Shown here one piece after another: positions 63,543-64,000 of a stretch of DNA of 64,000 nucleotides. The stretch spans positions 13,566 through 77,565 of the forward strand of contig CAMKSE010000007.1 in assembly GCA_946415365.1 (NCBI GenBank). Reading direction: 5' to 3'. The translations under genes and the position numbers were made by a program. Source of the DNA: an uncultured Prevotellaceae bacterium (GTDB lineage Bacteria; Bacteroidota; Bacteroidia; Bacteroidales; Bacteroidaceae). The stretch's first letter is position 1. Every line of letters starts with the position of its first letter. Below the pieces are notes generated by a model, which ran no database searches, had not been told where the DNA came from, and worked only from the letters and a program-made list of their open reading frames with translations.

Positions 63543-63548
63543 ATCATC

Positions 63549-63590
63549 TGCAAAAGTACAGAAAAAAGTTGAAACTCTTGGCTGTTTCAA
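63549..63590 (-). promoter_or_regulatory. Hairpin plus T-tract plus -7 box cassette, copy 2
   Basis: Minus strand reads ttgaaacagccaagagtttcaacttttttctgtacttttgca, 6 nt upstream of the ATG at 63542. Confidence 0.6.
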
Positions 63591-63600
63591 TGAAAAATGC

Positions 63601-63608
63601 TATTTTTG
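63601..63608 (+). promoter_or_regulatory. -7 box (tatttttg) for the nucleotidyltransferase gene
   Basis: Lies 26 nt upstream of the ATG at 63634. Confidence 0.45.
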
Positions 63609-63633
63609 CACAAAAATAAAACTGTATCAAGAT

Positions 63634-64000
63634 ATGCAAGCAATCATTCTGGCAGCAGGTATGGGACGTCGGCTGGGCGAATACACAAAGGATAACACAA
63701 AGTGTATGCTGCCTGTTAATGGTGTCCGCCTGATAGATCGTTTGTTGTCACAATTATCCAAATTGGAACTCAACAGAGTTGTTATAGTGGTAGGATATCA
63801 GGGACAGAATCTCATCGACTATATCGGTAACAGATACGACGGACAACTGAAGATCGAGTTCGTTGAGAACCCCATCTACGACAAGACTAACAATATCTAT
63901 TCGTTAGCACTTGCCAAAGACAAGTTGCAGGAAGATGACACCCTTCTCATAGAGAGCGACCTGATATTCGACGACGGGATGTTCTCGCTGCTGACGGAGA
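63634..64000 (+). CDS. Sugar-phosphate / phosphocholine nucleotidyltransferase (LicC-like), 5' part, continues past right edge
   Basis: Hand translation: MQAIILAAGMGRRLGEYTKDNTKCMLPVNGVRLIDRLL...YDKTNNIYSLALAKD..., with the GxGxR nucleotidyltransferase motif. No stop in the window. Confidence 0.72.
   Translation, partial: MQAIILAAGMGRRLGEYTKDNTKCMLPVNGVRLIDRLLSQLSKLELNRVVIVVGYQGQNLIDYIGNRYDGQLKIEFVENPIYDKTNNIYSLALAKDKLQEDDTLLIESDLIFDDGMFSLLTE

Noticed and set aside
1-64000. Search for tRNA, rRNA, transposase, integrase, prophage or toxin-antitoxin genes
   Set aside because: No ORF or intergenic region showed the corresponding motifs (no T-arm GGTTCGA-type sequences, and no DDE or tyrosine-recombinase signatures).

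Overview
The window looks like a Bacteroidota chromosome, probably Prevotellaceae-like. This rests on TAnnTTTG -7 boxes before most genes, no Shine-Dalgarno sequences, and Bacteroidota-type BamD, putative porin, DUF4468 and AAA/PD-(D/E)XK proteins. No rRNA, tRNA, CRISPR array, transposase or integrase was recognised. Positions 1-33.2 kb (about 50% GC in sampled lines) hold housekeeping and sugar-metabolism genes: rpoZ fragment, bamD, uvrB, menA, uxaC, ansA, ribE, malQ, mltG, glnS, a GDP-fucose operon (manC-like, gmd, fcl) and xylAB. Positions 33.3-63.6 kb form a glycan-biosynthesis super-locus in two parts. Module A (33.3-43.0 kb) has an orphan receiver, a phosphoglycosyl transferase (PGT) with a pseudo-receiver domain, a single-repeat TolC-like outer-membrane protein, a kinase-like polysaccharide co-polymerase (PCP), a Wzy-like protein, a GT2 and twin processive synthase-like GT2s. 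It has no Wza/OPX exporter and no Wzx flippase. Module B (44.6-62.3 kb, AT-rich core) has Wzm/Wzt, an aminotransferase, an ATP-grasp ligase, an opine-dehydrogenase-family enzyme, five GT2s, one GT4, DUF4422, four acyltransferase-3 genes and SGNH esterases. The most unusual sequence-level signals are: (1) tandem heptanucleotide arrays (GTTTAYA, AATTGAY, TTCACTC, ATTGNNN) sitting exactly at cistron junctions and, codon-phased, inside malQ and glnS; (2) four GCCTTAAGGC palindromes at exactly 22-bp spacing; (3) a duplicated hairpin-plus-promoter cassette; (4) an orphan ~190-nt structured unit upstream of ribE. All family assignments come from reading motifs by eye and need HMM or BLAST confirmation.
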